The notes beneath the pieces were generated by a model. It saw nothing but the letters and a program-made list of their open reading frames with translations. It did not search any database and was not told the DNA's origin. A stretch of DNA of 64,000 nt, from contig NC_083437.1 in the NCBI RefSeq assembly GCF_020745735.1, forward strand, positions 15,314,001 through 15,378,000, in the 5' to 3' direction. This stretch comes from Hemiscyllium ocellatum. Its lineage: Eukaryota. Both the position numbers and the translations under genes were made by a program. Shown here in pieces: positions 38,530-51,420 of this stretch; the first letter of the stretch is position 1, and every line of letters begins with the position of its first letter.

Positions 38530-39592
38530 GTGAGTAAACACAAACTATTTTTCTCCACCACTTCAGTGTTGCTTTTAATCCAGACTGTACAAAACTGTTG
38601 ATGGAGCGTCTGGTCATTATAACAGAAAGGGATCAAGATAGGCTGGGGCGGGAACTGATGTCAGAGTTCAAGTTTCACTGCCAAGAGACAAGCTTGCTCA
38701 TGTCATCAGAGGGATCAAAATAGACTTCTGTTTTGATTCAAATTATAGCAATTCTAAAGAAAAGTGGGCCGAATGGTCTATTTTGTGGGTTTCTGAGCTG
38801 TATTGTTCTGAAACTTGAAAATCCAACAATCCACTTTTACGTATCTTAGATGTAGCAGCATAGAGAAAGATTCAAAAAGAGGGGCAGAGAAAAAAAGATG
38901 GAGGTATTGAGAAGAATGGCCAAAGACTTGGTGGAAGAGTTGAGTTTTAAAGAGGGTCTTGAACAATGAGAAGCAGAGGAGTTTAGCAATTCCTGACCAA
39001 AGATTGTAGAAAATGTTGTGAGTACGGTATATAGTGATGCAAAGCTAGGGGCATGGAACAAGGAATCGAGATTTGAAGAGGGTTGGGAGGGCAGTATTAG
39101 TGATGGAAATTAGTGAGACAGGGAGGGTTGAAGCATGATGGCATTTAAATACAAGAATGGGGAACTGGGAGCTAGCCAAAGGACAAAGAGTGGTTCATTT
39201 GGCCAGCCAGTTTTTGCATGAGTTGAGATTTACAGGAGAAGCAGAAGATGGGAGGAGAGCATTGGAATAGTTGGATCTGAGGAGACAATAGTGTCTGTTT
39301 TCAGCTTTATTCAATGGGGCCTTGTATCCAGTTAGTAAAGCCATGTGTTGGAGACTATGTTAATTCATTCTCTTATATTCTGTTTCTCCATAAGAGACAA
39401 CAGTGAAGATGGATCTTATCTCCAAAGATAATGGTGAAAATGATTCAATTGCCACACTAAGGCATGGTAACATCAGACCTATTTAATGCCCAATCTCACT
39501 TATAATTCCATCTTTCCAGGTTATATTGCTGGTTTTGAATGCATTTTGAATTTATCATGTCGACTGAAAACCTTGTGTCTGGATCTTTACAG

Positions 39593-39735
39593 CTAATGGC
39601 CCACTTCCAGATAAACTACAGCAAGCTTATATACCAGTCATTGATTATGAACACTGTAGCCAAAGTGACTGGTGGGGCAGCACTGTGAAAACGACGATGG
39701 TTTGTGCCGGAGGTGCTGAGAAGGCTGGATGTAAT
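39593..39735 (+). CDS. CELA3: Elastase gene 1, exon 6 ([48 protein letters not shown])
   Basis: tttacag| and |gtgcgt; closely resembles CELA3 ([10 protein letters not shown]...WWGS-VK-TMVCAGG). Confidence 0.95.
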
Positions 39736-40102
39736 GTGCGTAATAACATTAAGCAATTACATGAGTTCACTGAAGTCAGGGTTGAGTAAGATCCTACCAT
39801 ATCATTGAATGGGGACAACAGGGCACATTATAAAAAACTAATGGGGATGTGTCAATAGCCCGCTCCCATAGTTCAGTGAGTAAAGACATTGGCTCTGAAA
39901 ATCAAGAATCCCAGCAATATTTCCACCATTGACTCACCAATGATTGCAGGGCCAATTGGAGAGCACTTGATTTGGATGAAACCCAGGTGGGCACAACTTG
40001 AACTCCTCCAGCCCTTAGCTGTTGGGATTGTAATGCCTGGCTACAAGTTGCTGGGTCTACATCCTCTTAAGCATCCAAGTACTTCCCTCCTTGTACCCTT
40101 TT

Positions 40103-40350
40103 AGATTAGATTAGATTACTTACAGTGTGGAAACAGGCCCTTCGGCCCAACAAGTCCACACCGACCCGCCGAAGCGCAACCCACCCATACCCTTATATTT
40201 ACCTCTTACCTAACACTACGGGCAATTTAACATGGCCAATTCACCTGACCCGCACATCTTTGGACTGTGGGAGGAAACCGGAGCACCTGGAGGAAACCCA
40301 CGCAGACGCGGGGAGAACGTGCAAACTCCACACAGTCAGTCGCCTGAGTT
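40103..40350 (-). mobile_element. V-SINE, 5'-truncated
   Basis: Nearly identical to 7030-7270. Confidence 0.85.
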
Positions 40351-41555
40351 GCCTGAGTACCCTGGTGTAAAAAAGACCAATTGTATGAAACTAGAGCTTC
40401 CTCATTGCAGCGGTTAAAATCTTCTGGAGCCTGTTACGTTTCACCTCACTGGGTATTTACAGTCTCACACCAAGTCCCTTGTGAGCATGGGAATTCCCAG
40501 CACTAAGCAGGCCCCCAGCCCAAGACTGAGTGGAATTTCCCAAACTTTTCGCAAATGGTTCCAACACACTCTTACCAGGTTAATGCCTGGAATTAAGTGA
40601 AACTGATTACGAATATCACACGCCTTATGTAATATGGTTCACACACAGCCCGACCAAGAAGCTTTGATCCATGGTCTGGCCTCAGTTAGTTGACTGGGAC
40701 AATAAGTAAAGGTAAAGTCACCATAGTCTTACCAGACCTTAGGGCTGCTCTTTCATTACAGAGAGAGAGAGAGAGAGAAATGGTGGTGGTTTAACCTGAG
40801 AGTCACCATGCTATAGGCAAGGGGAAAGGTTGAGAAGGAGAGTTCTTCATGGTAACCTTGGCCAGTCCGGGAATTAGCTTGTGCTATTGGCATCATTCTG
40901 CCTCATAAACCAGCTAATCAATGCTCAAACATAATCAGGATATAAGAGGACTTGTGATCACTGTGCAGTGAGCTCACTTTCAGTTGATATCAGGTTAACC
41001 TGTTTCTCAAAGTGAGTCCTAGCTCCTTAAAGCACAGAGGCCCAGCATTTGCCCAGATATTGAGCTAAATTCCTGCCTTCCTCAAGGAATAAAGTTGAGT
41101 ATTTTCTGTATATTTCAGCTCCAGGTTATTACCTGATCCTTTGTAATCATCAGGATATTCAAAAAGCAACATAATAACTTTGCATTACACTTTGATTCAG
41201 GTTTTAAGTCAACCAGAAGAAATGACCCCTCTTTCTTTCTAACTATTTGGCCCAACTATTTGAAGGATTCGGAAAGACGCTTCCACTTCAAGAAGAAATA
41301 TTATTAAAACAGTTTTGGGACACGTGTAAAATAACCGCTGGAGATTTTTATTTTAACATTCCCAATCAAACATACTTGTATTTGAATTGAATATCTTGTC
41401 CCTTTACTGCAGACCCAAGAGAAATACAATTGAAACATTAACTCCAATCATTGCATCAAACCAGATGGGGACATGACTTCTGTGAATTAGGCTGAGTTCT
41501 TTATATTTCACATCACTGGAAATAACAAAATCAATGTTTATTTTTGTCACAATTA

Positions 41556-41811
41556 CAGTACAGCCTCAGTTATCTGAATGTCGATTATCCAAATTTTGGA
41601 TTATCCGAACAAGATCTCAAGGTCCTGTACCTCAGCATTCAGTTATCGGTTAAACAGCATTAAGGCATGCGTGGCCGGATAACCGAGAAATGTTAGGATA
41701 ACCAGCACTCATAAATTACCGCTTGATTACGATTAGATCAATTATCCAAACAATTAATTATCCAAACAAAATCCTCCTGCCCGCCTTGTTCAGATAATCG
41801 AGGTTCTACTG
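41556..41811. mobile_element. Tigger/pogo-like MITE
   Basis: 23-bp TIRs cagtacagcctcagttatctgaa / ttcagataatcgaggttctactg; TA on left flank; internal repeated ttatc/gataa motifs. Confidence 0.75.
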
Positions 41812-41908
41812 GAAATGCCTGACAACATTCACTGAATATGTTCCCAAGATGGAAGATAGAAACAGGAATTGGTCGGCCAGGCCCTCAATTCTGATCATTT
41901 ACTTGTTC

Positions 41909-42111
41909 TGGATGTAGATTTGTTCGCTGAGCTGGAAGGTTCATTTCCAGATATTTCGTCATCCTACTTGGTAACATCTTCTTTGTCTGGAGGCCCACTG
42001 AAGATGTTACCTAGTATGGTGACAAAACGTCTGGAAATGAACCTTCCAGCTCAGCAAGCAAACCTACATCCAAAGCCTCAACCTGAGCTATAAATCTTCT
42101 CAAAACTCGCT
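41909..42111. mobile_element. Poseidon-type pLTR inverted-repeat mini-element
   Basis: Arms about 41909-41981 / 42000-42072; tail similar to 63455-63530; atttact on both sides (41897-41903, 42112-42118). Confidence 0.8.
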
Positions 42112-42231
42112 ATTTACTCTGTTTTCCCATTCTATCCTGACATCATTTGATCTCAATAGTATCCATAAATCTACTAATTTCTGCCTTTAACATGTTCACT
42201 GATTGAGCTTCCATAGTCTTTTCGCCCTCTT

Positions 42232-42546
42232 GGGTGACAAATAGTTAGCATAGCTGCCTCACAGCAGCAGGGACCTGGGTTCAAGTCCAGCCGCAGGTGA
42301 TGTCTGTGTGGAGTTTGCACATTCTCCCCATGTCTGCATGGGTTTTCTCCCACAGTCCAAATATGTGCAGATGAGGTGGATTGGCTATGTTAAATTGCCC
42401 TATGGTGTCCCGAGATGTGCAGGCCAGGTGGATTAGTCATGGTAAATAGGGATATAGGGTAAGTCTGGATAGGATGCTCTTTGGAGGGTTGGTATAGACT
42501 GAACGGGTCAAATGTCCTCTGCCTGCACTGTAGGGGTTGTATGATT
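42232..42546 (+). mobile_element. tRNA-derived V-SINE, older
   Basis: B box gggttcaagtcc and central domain. Confidence 0.75.
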
Positions 42547-42805
42547 TTTATTGAAGATCATTCACCCTCTGAATCAAGAAATATGACCTTGTTTCAATCC
42601 TCAACAATCTGTTGCTTATCCTGAGACAGAGTCTCCTGGTTCTAGGCCATCAGCACTGCTTCCCTCCTCCCACTGTGCCAAAGGGGCACTTTGGAGATAT
42701 TCTAGCCCCAATGGAGTCATGCTTCAATGTGCCCCTCTGGAGAGGAGTGAACTAGACAAAGAAAGATAAAGTACTTCTGGAAACAAATCCCCTCTTTTCT
42801 TGCAG

Positions 42806-42958
42806 GGTGACTCTGGTGGACCTTTGAACTGCAAGGACTCTAATGGGTTGTGGTATGTCCATGGTGTGACCAGCTTTGTATCAGCTTGGGGATGCAACAC
42901 CATACAAAAACCCACAGTCTGGACCCGGGTGTCTGCCTTCAATGACTGGATTGCCACG
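42806..42958 (+). CDS. CELA3: Elastase gene 1, exon 7 with catalytic Ser ([51 protein letters not shown])
   Basis: ttgcag| and |gtaagc; GDSGGP; Val216/Thr226 elastase-type S1 pocket. Confidence 0.96.
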
Positions 42959-43492
42959 GTAAGCATCACTTCCAAATAGAGAGGGACTTAAACTCTTGTT
43001 ATTGCATAAATCCAAATTGTGAAATCAAACATAAATGTCAGCGCAGCAGGAAGCTTTTCATCTATCATTCCTGCTCCAGTGGCCTTCTCTCCTCACTGAA
43101 CCCTTCTCATCTCATTTCCTTCTCCTTTAATATTTTTAATGTCTAGTTATTCACCTCATTCCTTCCTCAATATTCACATGTAATGCATAACATGCCCTAA
43201 AAGTTCTCCTGATGAACAAAGCTTTTTTTAAGACTTTCTTTCATGCTTTCAATGATAATCTTTATATTCACACCACTTACAATTGCACACTATTTGAAGT
43301 AATCTTTCATGACTTATCATCTCAAATCTTTTCATATTTCTAAATTAATCTATTAGATCTTTCTATTATTCTAGTCTTTAGAGAACACAGCTCTAGCTTT
43401 TTCAAGAGGTAATGAGGAAGTAGGGATAACCATAGCCAAACCTTAACAGAGAATGCAGGAGAAATAGCAGGTCTGGCAACATCACAACAGTC

Positions 43493-43826
43493 CAATGGTA
43501 TTAGTGCTGCTATGTTAATCCAGAAACCCAGGTAATGTTCTGGGTACCTAGATTCAAATCCCGCCATGGCAGATGGTAGAATTTGAATTCAGTTTAAAAA
43601 ATCTGGAATGAAGAGTCTAATGATGACCATGAAACCATTGTTGATTGCTGGAAAAACACATCTAATTCACTAATGTTTTTTAGGGAAGGAGACTTAGCTG
43701 CTCTGGCCTACTTGTGACTCCAGACCCACAGCAATGTGGTTGATGTTCAACTGCACTCTGGGCAAATTGGTATGGGCAATAAATGTCGGCCTAGCCAGGG
43801 ACTTCTTTGGCCTGTGAATGAATAAG
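43493..43826 (+). mobile_element. tRNA-derived SINE of a second superfamily (DeuSINE/SacSINE1-like)
   Basis: B-box-like gattcaaatccc, central tgactccagacccacagcaatgtggttga domain, tail gggcaataaatg...tgaatgaataa; family name from memory. Confidence 0.6.
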
Positions 43827-44053
43827 AAAAGTCTGTGGTGAGAGAAAAGCTGAGTTTTGTGTCTGTATGACTCTGCTTTAGAACAACAGTAGTGATATCT
43901 GAACTTCTAACAAAATACAGAAAGTTTGAGTACTTCATAGATTAGAGAACATTCTGAGTGAGACAACCTCATCTTCAAGAACCTGTCACACATGCAAAAG
44001 TATTTAATTGAGACGTGACTGTTTTAAGTTTAACTGTGTCTCTTTTATTTCAG

Positions 44054-44071
44054 ACTATGGCCTACAATTAA
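44054..44071 (+). CDS. CELA3: Elastase gene 1, exon 8 (TMAYN*)
   Basis: tcttttatttcag| acceptor, in-frame TAA, AATAAA 46 nt downstream. Confidence 0.85.
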   Translation, partial: TMAYN

Positions 44072-44116
44072 TGGAGGAAAACATTGACTTTCATCAAATT
44101 GGTGTCCCCGATGAGT

Positions 44117-44122
44117 AATAAA
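44117..44122 (+). terminator. Polyadenylation signal of elastase gene 1
   Basis: AATAAA followed by GT/T-rich downstream sequence. Confidence 0.75.
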
Positions 44123-44359
44123 CTACATCATGAAGTAAAAATGCTTTTGATGTTTGTCTTAGAAATTGCAGGGAGTTCTGGTGAATTTTCAGTCTCCATT
44201 TTGACTAAAAAATGTTGCTTTGGTATGTTCCAAACACTGCTTAAATGTTATTTTTGTCTTTGAGAATGCAGCTGGGAAAGGTCAACACATGATAATATCA
44301 TATTTGAAAAAAGCAGGAAAGAAAGATAAAAGCAGGACAGGATAAAAAGAAAGGCCCTT

Positions 44360-45118
44360 TCTATCCTTGAAAGTTGCCACCCAGGTTGATAGGGTTATTA
44401 AGAAGGTATACGGTGTATTAGTTTTTATTGGTAGAGGGATTGAGTTTCGGAATCATGATATCATACTGCAACTATACAAAACTCTGGTGCGGCCGCACAA
44501 GGAATATTGTGCACAGTTCTGGTCACCACATTATAGGAAGGATATGGAAGCTTTGGAAAGGGTTCAGAGGAGATTTACTAGGATGTTGCCTGGTATGGAG
44601 GGAAGGTCTTATGAGGAAAGGCTGAGGGACTCGAGCCTGTTTTCATTAGAGAGGAGATGGTTGAGAGGTGACTTAATTGAGACATAAAATAATCAAAGGG
44701 TTAGAAAGGGTGGACAGTGGAGAGCATTTTTCCTTAGATAGCGATGGCTAGCATGGGAGGTCATGGCTTTAAGTTGATCGATATAGGACAGATGTCAGAG
44801 GTAGTTTCTTTACTCAGAGAGTAGTAGGGATGTGGAACGCACTGCCTGCAACAGTAGTAGACTCCTTCAGTCCTTATAAAGGGCTTTTGCCCGAAATGTT
44901 GATTTTCCTGCTCCTCGGATGCTGCCTGACCAGCTGTGCCTTTCCAGCACCACTCTAATCTAAACTTGCCAAATTTAAGGACATTTAAATGATCATTGGA
45001 TAGGTATATGAACGAGAATGGAATAGTGTAGGTTAGATGGGCTTCAGATTAATTCTACAGGTTGATGCAACGTCAAGGGCCAAAAAGCCTGTACTGCACA
45101 GTAATATTCTATGTTCTA
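44360..45118 (+). mobile_element. CR1 LINE 3' fragment
   Basis: LYKTLVRPH-EYCAQFWSPHY...LERVQRRFT. Confidence 0.9.
44866..44965 (+). mobile_element. PLE mini-element with decayed hammerhead, nested in a CR1
   Basis: GGGCTTTTGCCC-GAAATGTT followed by the gatgctgcctgacc...ttccagcacc tail. Confidence 0.7.
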
Positions 45119-45889
45119 AAGGGGATATAAAGAACTCCTAAATTTCTACACCACTGACTCATGATGCTTCAGTTCCAAGAATGAGAGTTTTGTAGGGAAG
45201 GTCACTAATTGTCAGATATAATTAAAAAAATTATATAGGAAATAGTATTTGCACAATTTCAAGTTTGCATTTTAAAAGGCTGCAGCTTGAGAAAATCTTA
45301 TGAAGGGATACAGAGGTTCTGGAAAGAAGAAAACCACATACCAGAGGCCAGTTGGAGGCAGTTACAGGAATTCAATACCTAAAAGATGGATGTAATTCTA
45401 CACAGAAAACTGAAAATATTATCAAAGTATTTGGGAACAGTAACCAGTAGACGTTCCACATGAATGACTAAATTGGCCAAGGTTACTCATTTCAACCTAC
45501 TTGAGTCCTGATCACTGAAACATTACTGTATTCAGCTGTCGCCTAACTAACCTGTATTTGCCTCTTTATGAGCATGGATGCAAGCAGTGGAAATTTATGC
45601 ATTCCCCATCATTATTATGCCTCAATTTGAGAAGCAACTTACTGAAGAAGTTCATGTTCCAAAGTTCACGAGCCAATACCGGAGTTTACATGTGAATGAA
45701 TGCTGTTTGGAAAGGGAAGTCTTCTTTCCACCTTTATCAGCATCAAATACTCACTCCCCTCTGCTCCAGCTTCTTCTGCTCCTTCATTTCGGAACACAGG
45801 AATTGTTAAACAGAAATAAACAGTGGTCCATCTGATTCTCCCTTTACCATCCTGGCAGTTACATGATAATACAATGATAGTTAATTTTC

Positions 45890-46760
45890 ATTCATTCACG
45901 GGATATAGGCATCACTGGCTGGGCATTTATAGATGTTTATTGCCTATCCCTTGCTGTCGTCGAGAAGGGGGTGATGAACTGCTTTCTTAAACTGGTGCAG
46001 TCTATGTGCTTTAGGTAGACCCATAATGCCATTAGGGAGGAAGTTGGTGTATTTTGACCCAGTGACACTGAAGGAACAGCAATATATTTCCAACTCAGCA
46101 TGGTGAGTGGTGCAGAGGGGAGTTTACCGGTCATATAGCACAGAAACAGACCATTTTGCCCAACTTGTCCATACCAACCAAGTTTTCCAAACTAAACTAG
46201 TCCCATTTGCCTACATTTGGCCCAAATCACTCTAAACCTTTGGTGTTCCAAAGTATCTGCTGCTGTTGTCCTTCTAGATGGCAGTCGTCATGGTTTGGAA
46301 GAAGCTACGTATGGAGCATTAGTAGATTTCTGCAGTTCATCTTGTATATGGTTCGCACTGCTGCAAATGAGCTTCAGTGGTGCAGAAATGAATATTTATG
46401 GATCTGGTGCCAATCAAGCATGCTTCTTTCTCCAGGATAGTGTTAAGTTTCTTGAGCTGCACTCATCCAGATATGTATTCCATCACACTCCTGACTTGTG
46501 CCTTGATATGATGGGCAGGTTTTGGGGAATCAGGAGGCGAGTTACTCACTGCAGGAATTCCCAGTCTCTGTACTTGTGTACTTTTATCCCCAGTATACGG
46601 ATGGCTAGTCCAGTTTAGTTTCATGTCAGTGGTAATCCCCAAAATGTTAACAGTGGGATTTCATTGTTGGTAAAGCCATTGAATGTCATGGGGTAATGGT
46701 TAGATTCTCTCTTGTTGGAGATGTTCATTGCTTGGCACTTAACTGGTGCAAATGTTACTT
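45890..46760 (-). mobile_element. CR1/L2-group LINE 3' fragment with a nested CR1 tail (about 46128-46240)
   Basis: Homologous to 3350-4520. Confidence 0.7.
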
Positions 46761-48489
46761 ATTGGTGACTAATCATTAACAATCCAACACCACACAATGC
46801 AGACACAGCCATACAGAAATTCAAAGTACTGCTGATATTTGTGAACCTCTCTTTTCCATAAAGGCAAACTTAGCTCATTAAGCAATATTTCAGACGCCCT
46901 GACATACCATCAAGTGGCAGGGGCTTGAATCCCAGGCTTCAGGACTACAGGCATGGAGAACATTTCACATTTTTCAAACCTATCCCCAATGATCCAGTCA
47001 TTGAGATTCCATCAGGAACCAAAGTGTGGGACTGCCATGAAAGCTGCACAAGAATTGTATGCAGGCCCCCAGCGTGACAATTCCTGAGGACCATTTGGGG
47101 TACTGTTGAGGCAGAATTGACCTGAGGCCTCTGAGGGCAATAAAATGGTGGGCAGCTGCTTGGAATCACATTCCGGTGAGATAGTAGCTTGTGATTGATC
47201 AATTTGAATTACAAAAATAGGAGAGAATGAGATTCACATTTTCTAGCCTTTAAAACCTTCAGGTGCCCAATACCCAAAGTTGCAACCCTCTTTGTCTCTT
47301 ATACCTGAAGATGTAAATCTGTGTTGACTGCCACATCAGCCCTGACTTGCACAGACTCTCCCTCTGTGAAGCTGGTCTCCTGCATGTGACACCCTAACAG
47401 CTGCTGTTTTTAATACATAAAGCGCCCATTCCTTTTTCTATCCTGGACCCAAAAATGTGATTCCGCAGACATGAAGCACCAACTCCTGCTGCCTTCCAGG
47501 TCCAAGTTAGTAAATACTATCCCTTTAACTTGTGGGCCTGACTCCTGATTATCTCCTGGATCCAAAACTGCAACTGCATATACAAGGTCATGAGTTCCAG
47601 TGTTCACCTACATTTGAATCCCTGGTCTCTTATTCCTGCAGCACATTGAGCTTTCCATTGCCAAAGCCAGCACTAGTCTTCTGGCCTGAGCTGCAGTTAC
47701 TTCCCATTAACAATTATACTCTAGTGGTGGACTCAAAATACAAAGTCTCTGAAAAATCAGCTCAAAGATTGTAATCTATTGTAATTGATCTGCCAAAACA
47801 CACTCCATGTCAAATATTGCAGAAAATGAGGAATGCAGACTACTGGGTTTCAGACAAGCTTAGTAAATTTGGTAATATACCTAGTGGAGGGAATTTGCAG
47901 TTGAAGCTATCTCCCATATCCAGACAGTTAATGGGAGCACTCTACATCAGCAGTTCCACCAAGCTGAAACTTTACTGGCCTGGCAGATGCTCCAAGAATT
48001 GAGAGCCACCCAAAAGATCCCAGAGAGAGCTCAAAAAGATTCCTTAAGTTCTGACCCTTCCTTTAGTATGAGAAACTTCAGCCCATTAGCATCTGTAAAT
48101 ATGTGGTCTGACAGACAGTCTCAGAGAGTGCCCTCCCTCTGTTGGTAAAACAGGGCAGGCTCTCTGATGTCCCATTCCTGCTGCAGACCAGATACCATGA
48201 CTCTCAAGAAGATCCAATCCCTCAGATTTCAGATGAAGACAAATCTAGACAAGATACTGAGCAGAGGTCCTCTGAGATTTTAAGTTCAACCTTACACCTA
48301 ATTTGCAGCATTAGCTAATCAATATTATCATTAATATAATTATTCTGTATATTAGTTAGTTATATTAGCACAGACTCCCTGAGCTTGATTTGCAATCCAG
48401 ACCGAGGAGCCTAAAGTATAGGTAATTTCAGGTTCCCACTTCTATGGTGCATCTGAGTCACTCACAAGTCATAATCTTCAAATGTACAT

Positions 48490-49070
48490 AGGAGCAATGT
48501 GGCCTACTCTACATTGGAGAAACCAAACGCAGACTTGGTGACCACTTTGCAGAACTCATCAGCGCAATCATAATCCTGTAGTTGGTCAGTTTAACATGCA
48601 TGCCCACTTCTCTGTTCTCGGCATGCTGCAATCCCCCAGCCTATCACAATGCAAACTGGAGAAGCAACATCTCATCTTCAGATTAGGTACTTTATAACCT
48701 TCTGAATTTAATATTGAGTTCAGGTCCTTCAGATTGTGAACCCACTCCCATTCCTTCCCTTTCTTTTAGCTTTACTTGTCTCCATGTCCTCTCTCCCTTC
48801 CTCCCACTCCACTTGGACTGTCTGTTCTTTCCTGTTTGGCAGTTAGATGCACCATTGCTCTGTCATCCTCACATTCCAATCACTTAATCAGCACGATCAG
48901 CAGCCTCTCTCCCTCATTACTCCACACTCCTCCCCTAACAATTGCATAAATGCTACTCCCTCCAGACTTCACATCAACTGTGATGAAAAATCGTCTAGAC
49001 TGAAAACATTAGCTTGCTTTCTCTCCATGGATGTTGCCTCAACCGTTGTGATTTCAAGCATTTTCTAGTT
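48490..49070 (+). mobile_element. Decayed Neptune-type PLE 3' end
   Basis: CGLLYIGETKRRLGDHFAE and KLEKQHLIFRLGT; pLTR with hammerhead remnant near 48980-49015. Confidence 0.75.
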
Positions 49071-50454
49071 TCACTTCAACTGTAAATGGTTACCAGGAGG
49101 CTCGGGTTCATGCCTCACTTGCTCTAAAGATGTACAAAAACAAGTTGATCAGAAAATATCTCAAATGTAAGTGTTCTGATTGAACCAATCACACAATCAA
49201 TGACATTGAGTTAAACCAGGATGTAACAGCTGCCTGCAGAGAGTGACTGATCAATGGCAGCCATGATGGAACCTACAGCTGACTTGCAGAAGAGGGACTG
49301 CTGCACATCAGCAAGTTAGCAGTCTCGCTACGCACCAAACTGGCTAAACAGCCAACTGAATGGTTGTGTCCGAACAACAGCAATAATTCCCCAGTCCTAA
49401 AATTTCTCGGCTTAAAACAAAAGTCTTAATTTATGTCTACATTCCACATACTGTAGACCATCCTGTTTCAAATTAGTGGGCCTATTAACAAGTCCTGAAA
49501 CATCGACTCATTTGCTTCTCAGATGCTGCCTGACCTGTTGTGCCTTTTCCAGCACCACACTTTATCGACTAATAACAAGCTCCGTAAAGAGGATCTGTCA
49601 ATTGGAGGTGAATGCATTCACCATTTGTTCTGGGTGAAAATTCAAATACCAATATTTATTTCTTCATGTGAGACTTTAACAAGAGACTGTCTGCTGCATG
49701 TAACTCAAGAAACTTTACTCTAATAAATAAGACTTTCAAAGGCAAGGCTGTGAGCTTATCACTGTACTACAGCTCTTGCTTTGCAGTTCAGTTTAAGATG
49801 CTGGCTCAAAGCTCAGTCTTTGGTCTCTCTTGTCAACATAACTAAGATTAGGTGTCCAAAACTGGACTAGTCCCACTTATCTGCATTTGGCCCATTTCCC
49901 TTGAAACCTTTCCTATTCACGATTCTATTCTCGATCGGAAAGGTTTAGAGGGATGTGGGGCAAATGGAGGCAAAAGGGATAAGTTCAGTTTTGGATACCT
50001 GATTGGCATGGACGAGTTGGACCGAAGGATCTAATTTCTGTGTTGTATAATTCTATGACTCTACATTCTGCATCTAATTGGACAGCAGGGTAACTTCACT
50101 TTCAAATTTGTTGCCTACCTTGGTCACCATATGCTGATGTTTAATTACCTCATGATCACTTATGCCATTAGATTCTGATTTCTTCGATGAGGCAAGACTC
50201 ATTACTAATTGGTTTAATGGAGGTGTATCAATATCTAATTGGCTATTAAGGATGATGAACATTATCTGATAACTCTTTAAGTCATCAAATATCCATGGGC
50301 TCAACCTCTTCATCATCATTTGTTATTCTCACTGTTATGACTTTTTGGTAAGATAGGATAGTTTATGATACTTTCTTTGTCCCTGTATTTTAAGAAAGGA
50401 AGTATATTCTATCAAGCCCCAATGATTGATAGTCTTGAGCTCACCAATCTCAAT

Positions 50455-51420
50455 TTTCTCTGTTCTGGAACTTCTGCTCTTTGTGATTTTAGTGAATGAC
50501 TTGGATGAGAAAGTGGAAGGGTGGGTTAGTAAATTTGTTGATGACAAGGAGGTTGGTGGAGTTGTGGATGGTGTGAAGGGCTGTTGGAGTTTGCAGTGGG
50601 ACATGCTGGGCTGAGAAGTGGCAGATGGAGTTCAACCTGGAAAAATGTGAAGTGATTCACCTTGGAAGGTCAAATTTGAATGCAGATTACAGGGTTAAAG
50701 GCAGGGTCCTTGGCAATGTGGAGGAATAGAATGATCTTGGGTCCGTGTCCATAGATCCCTCACAGTTGTCACCCAAGTTGGTATGGTTGTTAAGAAGGCG
50801 TATATTGTGTTGGGTTTCATTAGCAGGGGGATTGAGTTAAAGACCCAGGAGGTTATGCTGCAGCTCTATAAAGTCCTGGTTAGACCACACTTGGAATATG
50901 TGTTCAGTTCTGATCATCTCAATATAGGAAGGATGTGGAAGCTTTAGAGAGGGTGCAGAGGAGATTTACCGGAATGCTGCCTGGACTAGAGGGCATGTCT
51001 TATGAAGAAAGGTTGAGGGTGCTAGGGCTATTTTCATTGGAGCAAAGAAGGATGAGAGGTGACTGGATACAGGTGTACAAGATGATGAAAGACACAGATG
51101 GAATGGATAGCCAAAGACTTTTTTCCCAGGGTGGAAATGGCTATCACAAGGGGGCACAATTTTAAGGTGATTGGAAGAAGGTTTAGGGGAGATGTCAGAG
51201 GTGGGTTCTTTGCACAGAGGCTGGTGGGTGCATGGAATACTCTGCCAGCAGTGGTAGTAGAGTCAGCTACATTCAGGACATTTAAGTGACTCTTGGATAG
51301 GCACATGGATGATAGTAAAGTGATGGGTATATAGGTTAGTTTGAGCTTAGAACAGGATAAAAGGTTGGCACAACATTGAGGGCAAAGGGCCTGTACTCTG
51401 CTACACTATTCTATGTTCTA
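50455..51420 (+). mobile_element. CR1 LINE RT 3' half
   Basis: LFVILVNDL...SKFVDD...LERVQRRFT...TRGH. Confidence 0.9.
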
